A DNA stretch of 64,000 nucleotides from Candidatus Latescibacterota bacterium (GTDB taxonomy: Bacteria > Latescibacterota > UBA2968): the NCBI GenBank assembly GCA_965207885.1, contig OZ242311.1, positions 1,024,001 to 1,088,000 of the forward strand, written 5' to 3'. The notes below the pieces were generated by a model. That model was not told the origin of the DNA and made no database searches. It was given only the letters and a program-made list of their open reading frames with translations. Below, piece after piece: positions 23,089-32,436 of the stretch. The position numbers and the translations under genes are program-made. The stretch's first letter is position 1, and every line of letters starts with the position of its first letter.

Positions 23089-23126
23089 CAGGTATTGCAC
23101 TCTTGTATATTTGAGTGCAATACCTG
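23089..23126 (+). terminator. Perfect 14-bp stem-loop after the precursor gene
   Basis: CAGGTATTGCACTC / GAGTGCAATACCTG; no clear U-tract, so possibly an mRNA-stabilising or attenuating hairpin. Confidence 0.6.
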
Positions 23127-23175
23127 AATTGCTCATTCTTCCCCGAAACTTGATAGCAAGAATAAGAGAAGCTGT

Positions 23176-24087
23176 ATGCTTAAATCATTTTCAAAAATCG
23201 AGACAAAAAAAATCCTGATTTACTTTCTCTTACTTTTTTTTCTCTTAGGATGTATTCATGCTATTCTAAAAATTACAGGTAATATAAGTCCTGGGGAAAC
23301 ACCTCCTTGGGGTATATGGATCTTCATTTTTTTTATAATCTGGATGTTGTTCAACTTGCGAAGACCTGGTAAGACCTTGAGTGAATTATTAGGTACCAAT
23401 ATTACCTTTTCAAAATTGGAAGTTATGGCCATATCCATGGGGAAATTCTTGCTGGCTTTTGGATTTACAATTCTGGTTCTTCGCCCATTATTTGGTTTTG
23501 AGATAGGTTCCATGTATTTGATGCGCTACAAATTAAGTATGGGACATTTTTCATTGGACCCAATACATTTTATTAAATTGATAATTTTATCTCCAATAGC
23601 AGAGGAATTGTTCTTTAGGGGCTATTTGCTGCAAAGGCTTTCGGCCAAATGGGGATTGAAAACTGGGTTGTTCATTTCCGCCGTTATCTTTTCTGTCGTG
23701 CATCCAAATATCTTTAGTGCTTTGATTTTGGGTCTTTTGACTACGCTCATTTATGTCAAAACTCAAAATATCTTCGCTCCAATCTTGTGTCATAGTCTTA
23801 GTAATGCCTTCGTTGTTTTTAGATTTTTTCTCATATACAGTTTCGCCAGGTTGGAATCTTTACTCCAGATCAATGTCTCTCTAACCACCTTTGGTCTGAT
23901 CTTGCTCATTCCTGGCTTCTTGATCACAGGTTATTTTATTTTTAAACTCTGGTCTGTATTAAACGATCCGCCTGACGGTGCATCTGTCTCCGCCCCTTCT
24001 TGCGCTACCGCAGACAAGTATGATGTGTCGGCAGACAAGGATACTACAGACAGGCTTGCTCAGCAGACGAGTCAGGACGGTAATTAA
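23176..24087 (+). CDS. CPBP/Abi (CAAX-type) intramembrane metalloprotease, possible immunity factor
   Basis: EELFFRG, FSVVH and HSLSN motifs. Confidence 0.88.
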   Translation: MLKSFSKIETKKILIYFLLLFFLLGCIHAILKITGNISPGETPPWGIWIFIFFIIWMLFNLRRPGKTLSELLGTNITFSKLEVMAISMGKFLLAFGFTILVLRPLFGFEIGSMYLMRYKLSMGHFSLDPIHFIKLIILSPIAEELFFRGYLLQRLSAKWGLKTGLFISAVIFSVVHPNIFSALILGLLTTLIYVKTQNIFAPILCHSLSNAFVVFRFFLIYSFARLESLLQINVSLTTFGLILLIPGFLITGYFIFKLWSVLNDPPDGASVSAPSCATADKYDVSADKDTTDRLAQQTSQDGN

Positions 24088-24258
24088 ACCAAGTTCTTAA
24101 AGAAGGCAGGAAATCTTCTCATCCAGGGTGGAGGACCTGAAAAATGCCGATAGATTTAAAAAAATTTTATACCTGCCCGAATGTGGACATCCTGTGGGGT
24201 GGTGGCGCAAATTCCGTACGGAAGTAAAGGATCCGCCGATACCCCTAACCCATTTGAA

Positions 24259-25260
24259 ATGAAAACGATGCCTAAAAATAAAGTCCTATCTCATATTGGT
24301 GCAGCCATAAATCATGTTTATGGGCCTGCAAGCATAGACTATAAGCCTACAGAACTGGTCGTGTTGTGTCTGGTTCGCGATGGGCAAGCATACATGCGAA
24401 CATTTATTGAACATTATTTGGGACTTGGAATCCGGCATATCATTTTTTTGGATAATGGTTCAAAAGACAGGACGATTGCCATTGCCAGGCAGTATCCCCA
24501 AATATCCATCTTTTCTACCACGCTGTCGTATAAAGAATATAAATATCAAATGAAGGAATATTTGATTCGCCGGTTCGGGCAGAACAGATGGTCACTCTAC
24601 GTGGATATTGATGAACTGTTCGACTTTCCATCATCGGATAAAATCCGCATAAGAGACCTTTTGGAATATTTAAACGTTCATTCATTTACCGCAGTCGTGG
24701 CGCAAATGCTGGATATGTTTTCGGAAGATACGTTAGCAAATTTGCCCGATGCAGAATCGACTCCCCTAAAGGATGCTTGCAATTATTACGATTTGTCGGA
24801 TATCGCTAAAGAAGCGTATTCAGATTCTGAATTTTGTCCTCATAATTTTGTTTCCAACCAAAGGATTGCCCATCATAAAGGTGGCATAAGACAGACGCTT
24901 TTTGGTGCAGATTGTTCTTTAACGAAACATCCGCTTATTTTTTTAGATGACGAGATCAAACCTATGTGTGAGTCTTCTCATAAGATCGAAAATGGATATA
25001 TCGCAGATATTACAACTGTGCTCTACCATTTCAAATTTATCGATGGTTTTGAAAACCTCACTCAAAGGGCGGTGCATGAAGAGAATTACTGGATGGATTC
25101 ACGAGAATACAAAAGATATTATGAAGTCATGAAACGCGACCCCAATCTCGTGATAAAACAGAAAACTTCGAGAAAGCTAAACAGCATTGACGAATTGGTG
25201 GAGTGCGGATTTCTTGTTGTTTCGAAAAATTTTCAGAATTGGGGTGTCATAGGCAGTTGA
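24259..25260 (+). CDS. Glycosyltransferase family 2-like protein
   Basis: VRDG..Y...FIEHY..LG, DNGSKD, YVDIDE (DxD) and LYHFKF motifs; start uncertain (24181/24259/24268). Confidence 0.82.
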   Translation: MKTMPKNKVLSHIGAAINHVYGPASIDYKPTELVVLCLVRDGQAYMRTFIEHYLGLGIRHIIFLDNGSKDRTIAIARQYPQISIFSTTLSYKEYKYQMKEYLIRRFGQNRWSLYVDIDELFDFPSSDKIRIRDLLEYLNVHSFTAVVAQMLDMFSEDTLANLPDAESTPLKDACNYYDLSDIAKEAYSDSEFCPHNFVSNQRIAHHKGGIRQTLFGADCSLTKHPLIFLDDEIKPMCESSHKIENGYIADITTVLYHFKFIDGFENLTQRAVHEENYWMDSREYKRYYEVMKRDPNLVIKQKTSRKLNSIDELVECGFLVVSKNFQNWGVIGS

Positions 25261-25288
25261 TATACGGAGATTTGATTGCGAGTCTAAA

Positions 25289-26320
25289 ATGAAAAAAGAG
25301 TTGCCTATAGGAATGCCCCGGATTACTTGCGCGCTTCATCATGCGTATCCGCTGTCCATATTGGCAATCTCGGATGATTATCTCCCCTGGTTTTATAGCC
25401 ATTATATCCAGATGGAATACGAAACAGACCATAAATATAGATTCAACTTTTATCGCTACCCCCACTATCTTGTGTCTGTATCTCCTTGGTTGCAAATTCA
25501 GATGATGCATCATAATGTCGTTCGCAGGGCGTATAAAAACGCGGTAGATTTCGTTAAAGACGCCATCAATGAAAATTTATATATCCAAATGGATGTCGAT
25601 GAGTTTTATATCCCTCACAAAGAGTTGTACAATCGTCACCATTACACGCGCGAATTGCTTATTTACGGATATGACTCACTAAATCAAACCCTTAAGACGC
25701 TGGGCTTTAACGCAGAGGGGAATTATACGTCGAACAATGTTTCTTTTCGTCAGTTTGAGGAAGCTCATATAAATTCTATCTCAAACAATGAGCAGGATTG
25801 CAGAGTATTTATGTTCAGATATATAGATAACGCACAATATGAATTCGACCTCAATGCCGTTCTTGAACAACTGCAAGATTATCTCTATGCAGTCAACACG
25901 TCGAAAAGATTCAGGAGTTTAGCACCTGTCAAAAACTATGCTTATGGTCTTGCGACATATAGGGTTATTCAGAATTATCTTTTGTTTAAGGCTGACAATG
26001 CAAGTGATATTAACCGTATAACTTTTCACACGCTTTGGGAGCATAAAAAATGCATGACAGAACGTCTTAATTTTTTGGAACAACACGGATTTTTAAGTTC
26101 ATCTTTTGGGTTGCAGATGGCTTATGAAAGCGTAGAAAAAAAGACACAGCAATTGCGCGCCATGTCTTTTAAGTATGTCCTGACAAAAGATACTGCGATT
26201 GTAGAAAGGATGGTTGAATTGATCAACATAATCGCGTCGGAAGAGAAGCAGATATTAGTGCGTGTTTGTGCTGCTCTGAAGAGCGGGATGGAGGGGATTA
26301 ATAATTCCAACACGGTTTAG
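25289..26320 (+). CDS. BtrH-like protein, paralog 1 (putative ACP-dependent acyltransferase/peptidase fold)
   Basis: PWFYSHYIQ, VDEFYIP..., LIYGYD, YGLATY and TLWEHKKCM motifs shared with 29219-30255. Confidence 0.55.
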   Translation: MKKELPIGMPRITCALHHAYPLSILAISDDYLPWFYSHYIQMEYETDHKYRFNFYRYPHYLVSVSPWLQIQMMHHNVVRRAYKNAVDFVKDAINENLYIQMDVDEFYIPHKELYNRHHYTRELLIYGYDSLNQTLKTLGFNAEGNYTSNNVSFRQFEEAHINSISNNEQDCRVFMFRYIDNAQYEFDLNAVLEQLQDYLYAVNTSKRFRSLAPVKNYAYGLATYRVIQNYLLFKADNASDINRITFHTLWEHKKCMTERLNFLEQHGFLSSSFGLQMAYESVEKKTQQLRAMSFKYVLTKDTAIVERMVELINIIASEEKQILVRVCAALKSGMEGINNSNTV

Positions 26321-26377
26321 TGTGTACCCAACTCGATTACTGCGTAACGTCGTAAATCAAGAGAGGAGACATACAGT

Positions 26378-26836
26378 ATGAAAACACGAATCATCATATG
26401 GGTGGCCTCACTGGTCTTAACAGGGGCACTTAATGTAGTCGCAGAAGAAATGCCTGACCCGGCTTCTGTATCCAAGATAGCGGATATCAAACGCCTGATG
26501 GAAATAACCGATGTACGCAATCTTGGCAGGAAAATTATGAATCGGCTGGTTCTCACCATGAGGAAAGGTCGTTCAGCAGTTCCTTGGGATGATTTCATGG
26601 CTGAATTTGACGTCAATGAGTTTATTGAAATGATTATACCCATTTACGACAAGCATTTCACCCATGAGGAAATCAAGCAACTGATCGCATTTTATGAGTC
26701 TCCTATAGGGAAAAAGATGATTAAAGTTCAACCTCAACTTATGATGGACAGCATGGCAGCGGGCGAAGAGTGGGGAAAAAAGTTGATCAAGAGAGTCAAG
26801 GAAAAACTCCACGAAGAAGGATATGAAAAAAACTAA
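26378..26836 (+). CDS. DUF2059 domain exported protein
   Basis: YDKHFTHEEIKQLIAFYESPIGKK motif; signal peptide. Confidence 0.8.
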   Translation: MKTRIIIWVASLVLTGALNVVAEEMPDPASVSKIADIKRLMEITDVRNLGRKIMNRLVLTMRKGRSAVPWDDFMAEFDVNEFIEMIIPIYDKHFTHEEIKQLIAFYESPIGKKMIKVQPQLMMDSMAAGEEWGKKLIKRVKEKLHEEGYEKN

Positions 26837-27018
26837 TCTATGCGTCACACCATTTTTGATTGCGCTGAAAAATTTATTTGGAAAAATGTGCGGTAATTGA
26901 GCGACAGTTATTCGTCTATCGGGTGGTTCGCACAAGGCGGTGATCATCGCTCTATTTACCTATCAAAACGCGGATAGCTGAGTTGTATGGACTTGAACCG
27001 GATATTTAATGGCTTGTT

Positions 27019-28950
27019 ATGTATATCATACAGAAAAAATACAAATGCAATTTCCATGATCTAAGCGGAGAAGGTGTCAAGGTTGCAATTATCGATAGCG
27101 GGATTGATCGTTCTCATGAAGTGTTGCAGCGTGTGACCGCAGGAATCTGTTTTGAGTTTTCTGCGGGCAATGTCCTTACGTCTGAAGACTATCGAGACAC
27201 ATCTGGTCATGGCACTGCGGTTGCGAGTATTATCAAAAAGAAGGCTCCGGGTACAGAGCTATATGCTATAAAAATCTTCGATCAATCTCTGATTGTCGAA
27301 CAAAAAATTCTCCTTGAATCCATTCGCTGGGCAATTGATCAGAACGTCGATATCATCAATCTGAGCCTTGGGACAACAGACATCCAGGTCAAGAATGCTC
27401 TGTTGGATATATGTAAGGTGGCAACGAAAAAGGGTATCGCAATCGTCGCTGCCGAACACAATTCAGGGCAGGAGAGTTATCCCGCCTATTTCTCCAATGT
27501 GATCGGTGTGAAGGCGGGGGAGATAAAAGGGCGTTACAATTATCTGTTTTGTGCAGGAGAGTCTATTGAATGTATCGCACCTGGAACAACGCAGCGCGTT
27601 CTCTGGACAGGTGGGCGAGAGCATATTGTTGAAGGCAGTAGCTTTGCTGCGCCTCACCTCACGGGCATTATCGCATTAATCAAACAGGCCTTTCCCAAAG
27701 CCAATCTGAATGAGATCAGACACATATTAGAGGTGAATGCCAGTCGAGAAGTGCAGCAACAAATCCCTTCAGGTCGCAAGATTCGGGTGCATACTCCCCA
27801 AACGTCCCAATCCTTTGATCCAAACAAGATTAAAAGAGCAGCTATTTATCCCTATAACAAGAAAATGCATAGTCTAATGCGTTTCAGGGAGTTGTTAAAT
27901 TTTGAAATTGTGGGTATCGCTGATCCCATTGCCAAAGGTTATGTTGGGAAAGATGCTGGTGAAGCGATTGGCATACCGCCCGTTGGCATACGGGTTCAGC
28001 CGCGATTTCAAGAGATATTGAAAGAGGCTGATACGCTTATTCTGGGCTATGTAGATGAACTGAGTCGAATTACTAAAAAGAATGTCCTGCGCGAGAGTAT
28101 TGAGAAGGCCATTGATGCCAACTTAAATGTGTTCAGCTTTCTGTCCGTTTATCAGAAGGATTTAAGAGATTTGATTGATAAGGCTCGTAAAAAGAACCTC
28201 TGGATTTATTCGCCTGACGTTCATCAAAATGACCTGCTCAAAGCACTTCAGCCCCACAATAATCCAGCCGTTGATGTGCCAGTTATCGGTGTTTTTGGCA
28301 CGAGTGCTCAACAGGGTAAGTTCACTGTTCAACTCGCCTTGAGGTCAAAGCTGATAAAAGAGGGATATAAGGTTGGGCAAATCGGTACCGAACACCATTC
28401 TCAGTTATTTGGAATGGATGTGGCATTTCCAACGGGCTACGCCTCTCCACTGCAATTTCCAATACAGCTTCACGCGCCTTATCTGGATTTCAAAATGCGC
28501 GAGATCTGTGCGAATAAGAAACCGGATTTAATGCTTGTCGGGGCACAGTCGGGAAGTATCCCCTATGATGTCCATGAGCCGGGAAATCACACGCTTTCAA
28601 CACTTGTTTTTATGCTGGGTACAAAACCCGATGCCAATATATTGGTCGTGAATAGCGTTGATGATGGCGAGTATATACGCGATACCATGAACACGCTCAA
28701 GGCAATTACCAAAGGCCCCGTGTTATGCCTCGCAATGAGTGATAAAGAAAAACACATCCGAGCAGCTTATGGCCGAACACTGATTAGTCCGCGTCAAATG
28801 TCAAAAGAAGAAATCAAAGAGAAATTGGCGTATTTGGAGGATAGATTTGAGATTCCAGCTATAGAGATTGTGTCAGAGGAGGGGCAACAGAGGATGGTTG
28901 ACCTCATTATAAGCTACTTTGCAGATGAGCAAGAAGGAGGGGATGTATGA
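27019..28950 (+). CDS. S8 subtilase fused to a DUF1611/TIGR04066-like P-loop domain
   Basis: Triad IIDSG, GHGT, GSSFAAP; C-terminal half has PVIGVFGTSAQQGKF..QL and GYKVGQIGTE; no signal peptide. Confidence 0.8.
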   Translation: MYIIQKKYKCNFHDLSGEGVKVAIIDSGIDRSHEVLQRVTAGICFEFSAGNVLTSEDYRDTSGHGTAVASIIKKKAPGTELYAIKIFDQSLIVEQKILLESIRWAIDQNVDIINLSLGTTDIQVKNALLDICKVATKKGIAIVAAEHNSGQESYPAYFSNVIGVKAGEIKGRYNYLFCAGESIECIAPGTTQRVLWTGGREHIVEGSSFAAPHLTGIIALIKQAFPKANLNEIRHILEVNASREVQQQIPSGRKIRVHTPQTSQSFDPNKIKRAAIYPYNKKMHSLMRFRELLNFEIVGIADPIAKGYVGKDAGEAIGIPPVGIRVQPRFQEILKEADTLILGYVDELSRITKKNVLRESIEKAIDANLNVFSFLSVYQKDLRDLIDKARKKNLWIYSPDVHQNDLLKALQPHNNPAVDVPVIGVFGTSAQQGKFTVQLALRSKLIKEGYKVGQIGTEHHSQLFGMDVAFPTGYASPLQFPIQLHAPYLDFKMREICANKKPDLMLVGAQSGSIPYDVHEPGNHTLSTLVFMLGTKPDANILVVNSVDDGEYIRDTMNTLKAITKGPVLCLAMSDKEKHIRAAYGRTLISPRQMSKEEIKEKLAYLEDRFEIPAIEIVSEEGQQRMVDLIISYFADEQEGGDV

Positions 28951-29216
28951 ATGATGATCTAAAGATACAGATAAAACAGACGATTGTGCGTGCGTTAAAC
29001 CTTGAAATTGATCCCGAAGAGATAGGAGATTCAGATGTGCTTTTTGGTGGAGAAATGGGTCTCAATTCAATGGCAATGGTTGAACTCGTTGTGGGCATAG
29101 AAGATGAATTTGACCTTGAAATCTCAGATGAAGATCTGAGTGCCGAAGTTTTTAAAAGTGTGCAGACGATTGAAGATTATATCCGGTCTGTGCGTGAGTG
29201 CGTTTTGACTGCCTGA
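28947..29216 (+). CDS. Acyl carrier protein
   Basis: Acidic 89 aa, GLNSMAMVEL (Ppant Ser), IEDEFDLEISDE; ATGA overlap with the protease gene. Confidence 0.88.
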   Translation: MNDDLKIQIKQTIVRALNLEIDPEEIGDSDVLFGGEMGLNSMAMVELVVGIEDEFDLEISDEDLSAEVFKSVQTIEDYIRSVRECVLTA

Positions 29217-29218
29217 AA

Positions 29219-30255
29219 ATGAAAAAATCGCTTCCCATCCAGTTATCCCCACCCATCCACGGCTATCCCCGCCATGGCTACCGACTTTCGATTATGTCGC
29301 TTCACGATGCGTATATTCCCTGGTTCTTCTGCAATTACATACAGCTATTCGCCGTTGATCTGTTAAATGAGAGCAAACACAACATCCGATTCAACTTCTA
29401 TTTTCAGGGTCCATACTCCCCGCCGTGGCTGTCTATCTACACCGTTCCACGGCGATCAATTGCTAAAGTCTATCATCAGATTGTGCCGTTTATTCGAGAT
29501 CAGATTGATGAGGGTTTTTATGTCCAGTTGATGGCCGATGAGTATTTCCTGCCGATGAGTATTTCCTGCCGCATACGCCATTTTATGAGAAGATACATCA
29601 TCCACATGCTATTATGGCATTTGGATACGATGACGATACAGAAACGCTTGAGACTCTGGGATTCAATAGAGCGCGGGACTACTCTGTTTCAAGGGTTGGA
29701 TATTCAGATTTTGAAGCGGCGTTTCGCTGGGTTGATCCCGAGAAACGCAGATCGTACCTGGTGACTCTTTTTGAGTATAATGAGGACGGTATCTATGAGT
29801 TTGACATTGATGCTGTCATTGACCAGTTGCGAGCCTACATCCATTCAGAGAATCCGTCTATTCACTATCGGATGTTGCGTAAGCCGGTTGAAGGCGTTTT
29901 TGGGATGGCGACGTATAAGCTCTTGCGAGATTATTTTACGCATTTGTTTGTTCAGCCTCGGTTGTGGGATCGGCGGCATCTGTTCACGCTTTGGGAGCAC
30001 AAGCGTTGTATGTTAGACAGGCTTGCTTATCTGGAAGAGCGCGGGTATTTGCGTCCGTCAGACCAGTTTCATCAGGCGTACAAGGAGGTCGAGCATAAGG
30101 CGCATCAGATTCATCTGATGATGCTTAAATTGCGAGCGTTGGTGGAGGTCAAGAGAGCGTGGGATGTGGATCGTATTTTGAAGATTATCACCTTGTTAGA
30201 TGATATTTCTCAAAGGGAAGAGCGCATTCTGAAGGATGTTTTGAAGGCGCTTTGA
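29219..30255 (+). pseudogene. BtrH-like protein, paralog 2, frameshifted by a 17-bp tandem duplication
   Basis: GCCGATGAGTATTTCCT duplicated at 29534-29567; removing one copy joins the two ORFs into 339 aa colinear with paralog 1. Confidence 0.85.
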
Positions 30256-30278
30256 AACGCGTACACGATAGCACATAG

Positions 30279-30322
30279 AATCCCCTATTGCGCGTTATTG
30301 CGATGGGGGATTGGTTTTTTTT
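30279..30322 (+). terminator. Intrinsic terminator at the right edge of the island
   Basis: AATCCCCTATTGCG / TGCGATGGGGGATT stem (with G-U pairs) then a T run, between convergent genes. Confidence 0.65.
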
Positions 30323-31211
30323 ACATCAATTTTTTGCGTTTGGCGAGGTAGTTGAAGAGGGCGGTGTCAAAGGGTTCCGAGGTTTCGAGGAGGACGTAGT
30401 CGATCATGGCTTCGCGGCATTCGCGGCGAAAGCGGTTGATGAGGGTTTCCATGTGATCTCGGTACTCGGGTGCGAGGTGCCAGGGTTCTGTGGCGATTTG
30501 CGTGCCGGATTCGAGATCGACAAAGCGCATTTCACGGTTGAAGTCGAGGTCGCGCTCTCGGGGGTCCAGGATGTGGAAGACGATGACTTCGTGGTTGCGA
30601 TGGCGAAAGTGTTTGAGGCCGTTGAGCAGGCGGTCTGGGTCGTCGAAGAGGTCGGAGATGACGATGACGAGGCCGCGACGCACAATGCGTTCTGCCAGTT
30701 CGTGAAAGGTGGCGGCGAGGTCGGTGTCGGTGCCTTCGGGGCTGGTGTTTTGAAGTGTGGTGAGGAGGGTGTGCAAATGACTGGTGACTGACCGGGGCTG
30801 CAAATACGTGCGAATGCGGTCGTCAAAGGCGATTAATCCGACGGCGTCGCGCTGGCGCAACATGAGGTGGGATAGGGCGGCTGCGGTATAAGATGCGTAT
30901 TGGTATTTGGTGATGGCGTCCGAGCCATAAGCCATTGAGGCACTGGCGTCTATGAGAAGATGGGATTTGAGGTTGGTTTCTTCTTCGTATTGTTTGACGT
31001 AGAGGCGGTCGGTTTTGCCAAATACTTTCCAGTCCAGGTCGCGCAGTGAGTCCCCCGGCATGTATTGCCGGTATTCAGAGAATTCGACAGAGAAGCCGTG
31101 ATAGGGGCTTTGATGTAGGCCGGTGATAAATCCTTCGACGACCATGCGGGCGATCAGGTCCAGGCGCGCGAGCCGGGAGACGACTTCTGGTTTGAGATAT
31201 TCCTGGTTCAT
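30321..31211 (-). CDS. DUF58 (MoxR-associated vWA-like) protein
   Basis: GLHQSPYHGFSVEFSEYRQY.PGD, DWKVFGKTD and DASASM motifs. Confidence 0.9.
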   Translation of the reverse strand: MNQEYLKPEVVSRLARLDLIARMVVEGFITGLHQSPYHGFSVEFSEYRQYMPGDSLRDLDWKVFGKTDRLYVKQYEEETNLKSHLLIDASASMAYGSDAITKYQYASYTAAALSHLMLRQRDAVGLIAFDDRIRTYLQPRSVTSHLHTLLTTLQNTSPEGTDTDLAATFHELAERIVRRGLVIVISDLFDDPDRLLNGLKHFRHRNHEVIVFHILDPRERDLDFNREMRFVDLESGTQIATEPWHLAPEYRDHMETLINRFRRECREAMIDYVLLETSEPFDTALFNYLAKRKKLM

Positions 31212-31213
31212 CC

Positions 31214-32383
31214 CTAAAAGCCCGCGGCGAGGAGTATCCAACCCGCAACGGCACCGCCAACGACCAGCCATACTGCGCCGATTCCGCGCCACAATATCAG
31301 AATGGATGCGATGCCTGCGATTGCCATTTTGGGTATTGAATCAAGGGTTAGATAGCCCAGTTCTATTGTTACAGCGGCCATCAATCCCACGGCACAGACG
31401 TTTACGGCGTCGAGAAAAGACGCCACCCATTCAGATTCTCGCAGCCGGGGCAAGAGGGGATTCAGGGCGGCGACAAATACAAAGGAGGGTAAGAAGATTG
31501 CGCCAGCAGCGACGAGTGCGCCGGATAATTTGCCGCCGGTGACGAGATAGCCGATGAAGGCTGCGGTCGATAATACGGGTCCGGGCGTGAACTGGCCGAT
31601 GGCAATGGCTTCCAGCAATTGTTCCTGCGTTAGCCAGGCATACCCCTGTACAAGTTCTTCTTCGAGGAATGCAATGAGTAAGTATCCGCTGCCGTAGAGG
31701 ATTGCGCCAATTTTTAGAAAGAATAGGCCCAGTGCCCAGAGTGTTGGTCCTGCTGCGGATACGGCGCCCTGACTTGCGAGCATTGTCAATCCAGTGCCGG
31801 CCACAGGTGCTATTACGGCCATGTGTTCGCGGTCTCTCGGTCGCGTCATTCTCAGCCAGAACATTCCGACGATTCCGCCGCCGATCAGTGCGAGGACGCC
31901 GTTAAATGGCGTGAGGGCTACGAGCATTACAGCCAGGCCCAGAAAGCTCAATCGCCAGCCTTTTACGGCTTTTTGCCCCAGTCGCCACAGTGCGCCCAGG
32001 ATGACTGCGAGTACCGCTGGTTTGATGCCGTAGAGCAGGTCGGCGACTTCTGGGATGGCGCCATAAGTCATGTAAGCCCAGGCGAGTATTGTTGTCAATG
32101 TAACGGCGGGAAATATAAAACACAGGCCAGCCAGCAATAGGCCGGGCCAACCGCCGCGCAAGAATCCCAGGTGTATCGCCATTTCAGTCGAGTTTGGTCC
32201 GGGGATAATACTGGTTACGCCGACGAGATCTAAGAATCGCTCGCGCGATAGCCACGCGCGTTTTTCAACTACTTCGTCTTCCATCAGGGCGATGTGCGCT
32301 GCGGGTCCACCAAAACCTATTACACCGAGTTTGAAGAATAATGCCGCTACTTCACGCAGTCGTCCGGGTTTTTCGTTTGACAT
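31214..32383 (-). CDS. chrA: Chromate efflux transporter (long-chain CHR)
   Basis: GFGGPAAHIA, PGPNSTE and GQFTPGP motifs. Confidence 0.88.
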   Translation of the reverse strand: MSNEKPGRLREVAALFFKLGVIGFGGPAAHIALMEDEVVEKRAWLSRERFLDLVGVTSIIPGPNSTEMAIHLGFLRGGWPGLLLAGLCFIFPAVTLTTILAWAYMTYGAIPEVADLLYGIKPAVLAVILGALWRLGQKAVKGWRLSFLGLAVMLVALTPFNGVLALIGGGIVGMFWLRMTRPRDREHMAVIAPVAGTGLTMLASQGAVSAAGPTLWALGLFFLKIGAILYGSGYLLIAFLEEELVQGYAWLTQEQLLEAIAIGQFTPGPVLSTAAFIGYLVTGGKLSGALVAAGAIFLPSFVFVAALNPLLPRLRESEWVASFLDAVNVCAVGLMAAVTIELGYLTLDSIPKMAIAGIASILILWRGIGAVWLVVGGAVAGWILLAAGF

Positions 32384-32436
32384 ATAAAATCCTTAAGGGG
32401 CTGGGGGTTGGAGACTGGGGGCTGGTTGGCGTTTTC

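Noticed and set aside
18100-30320. Island as an integrative element or prophage
   Set aside because: No integrase, transposase, tRNA target or flanking direct repeat was seen; only composition and gene content suggest horizontal origin.
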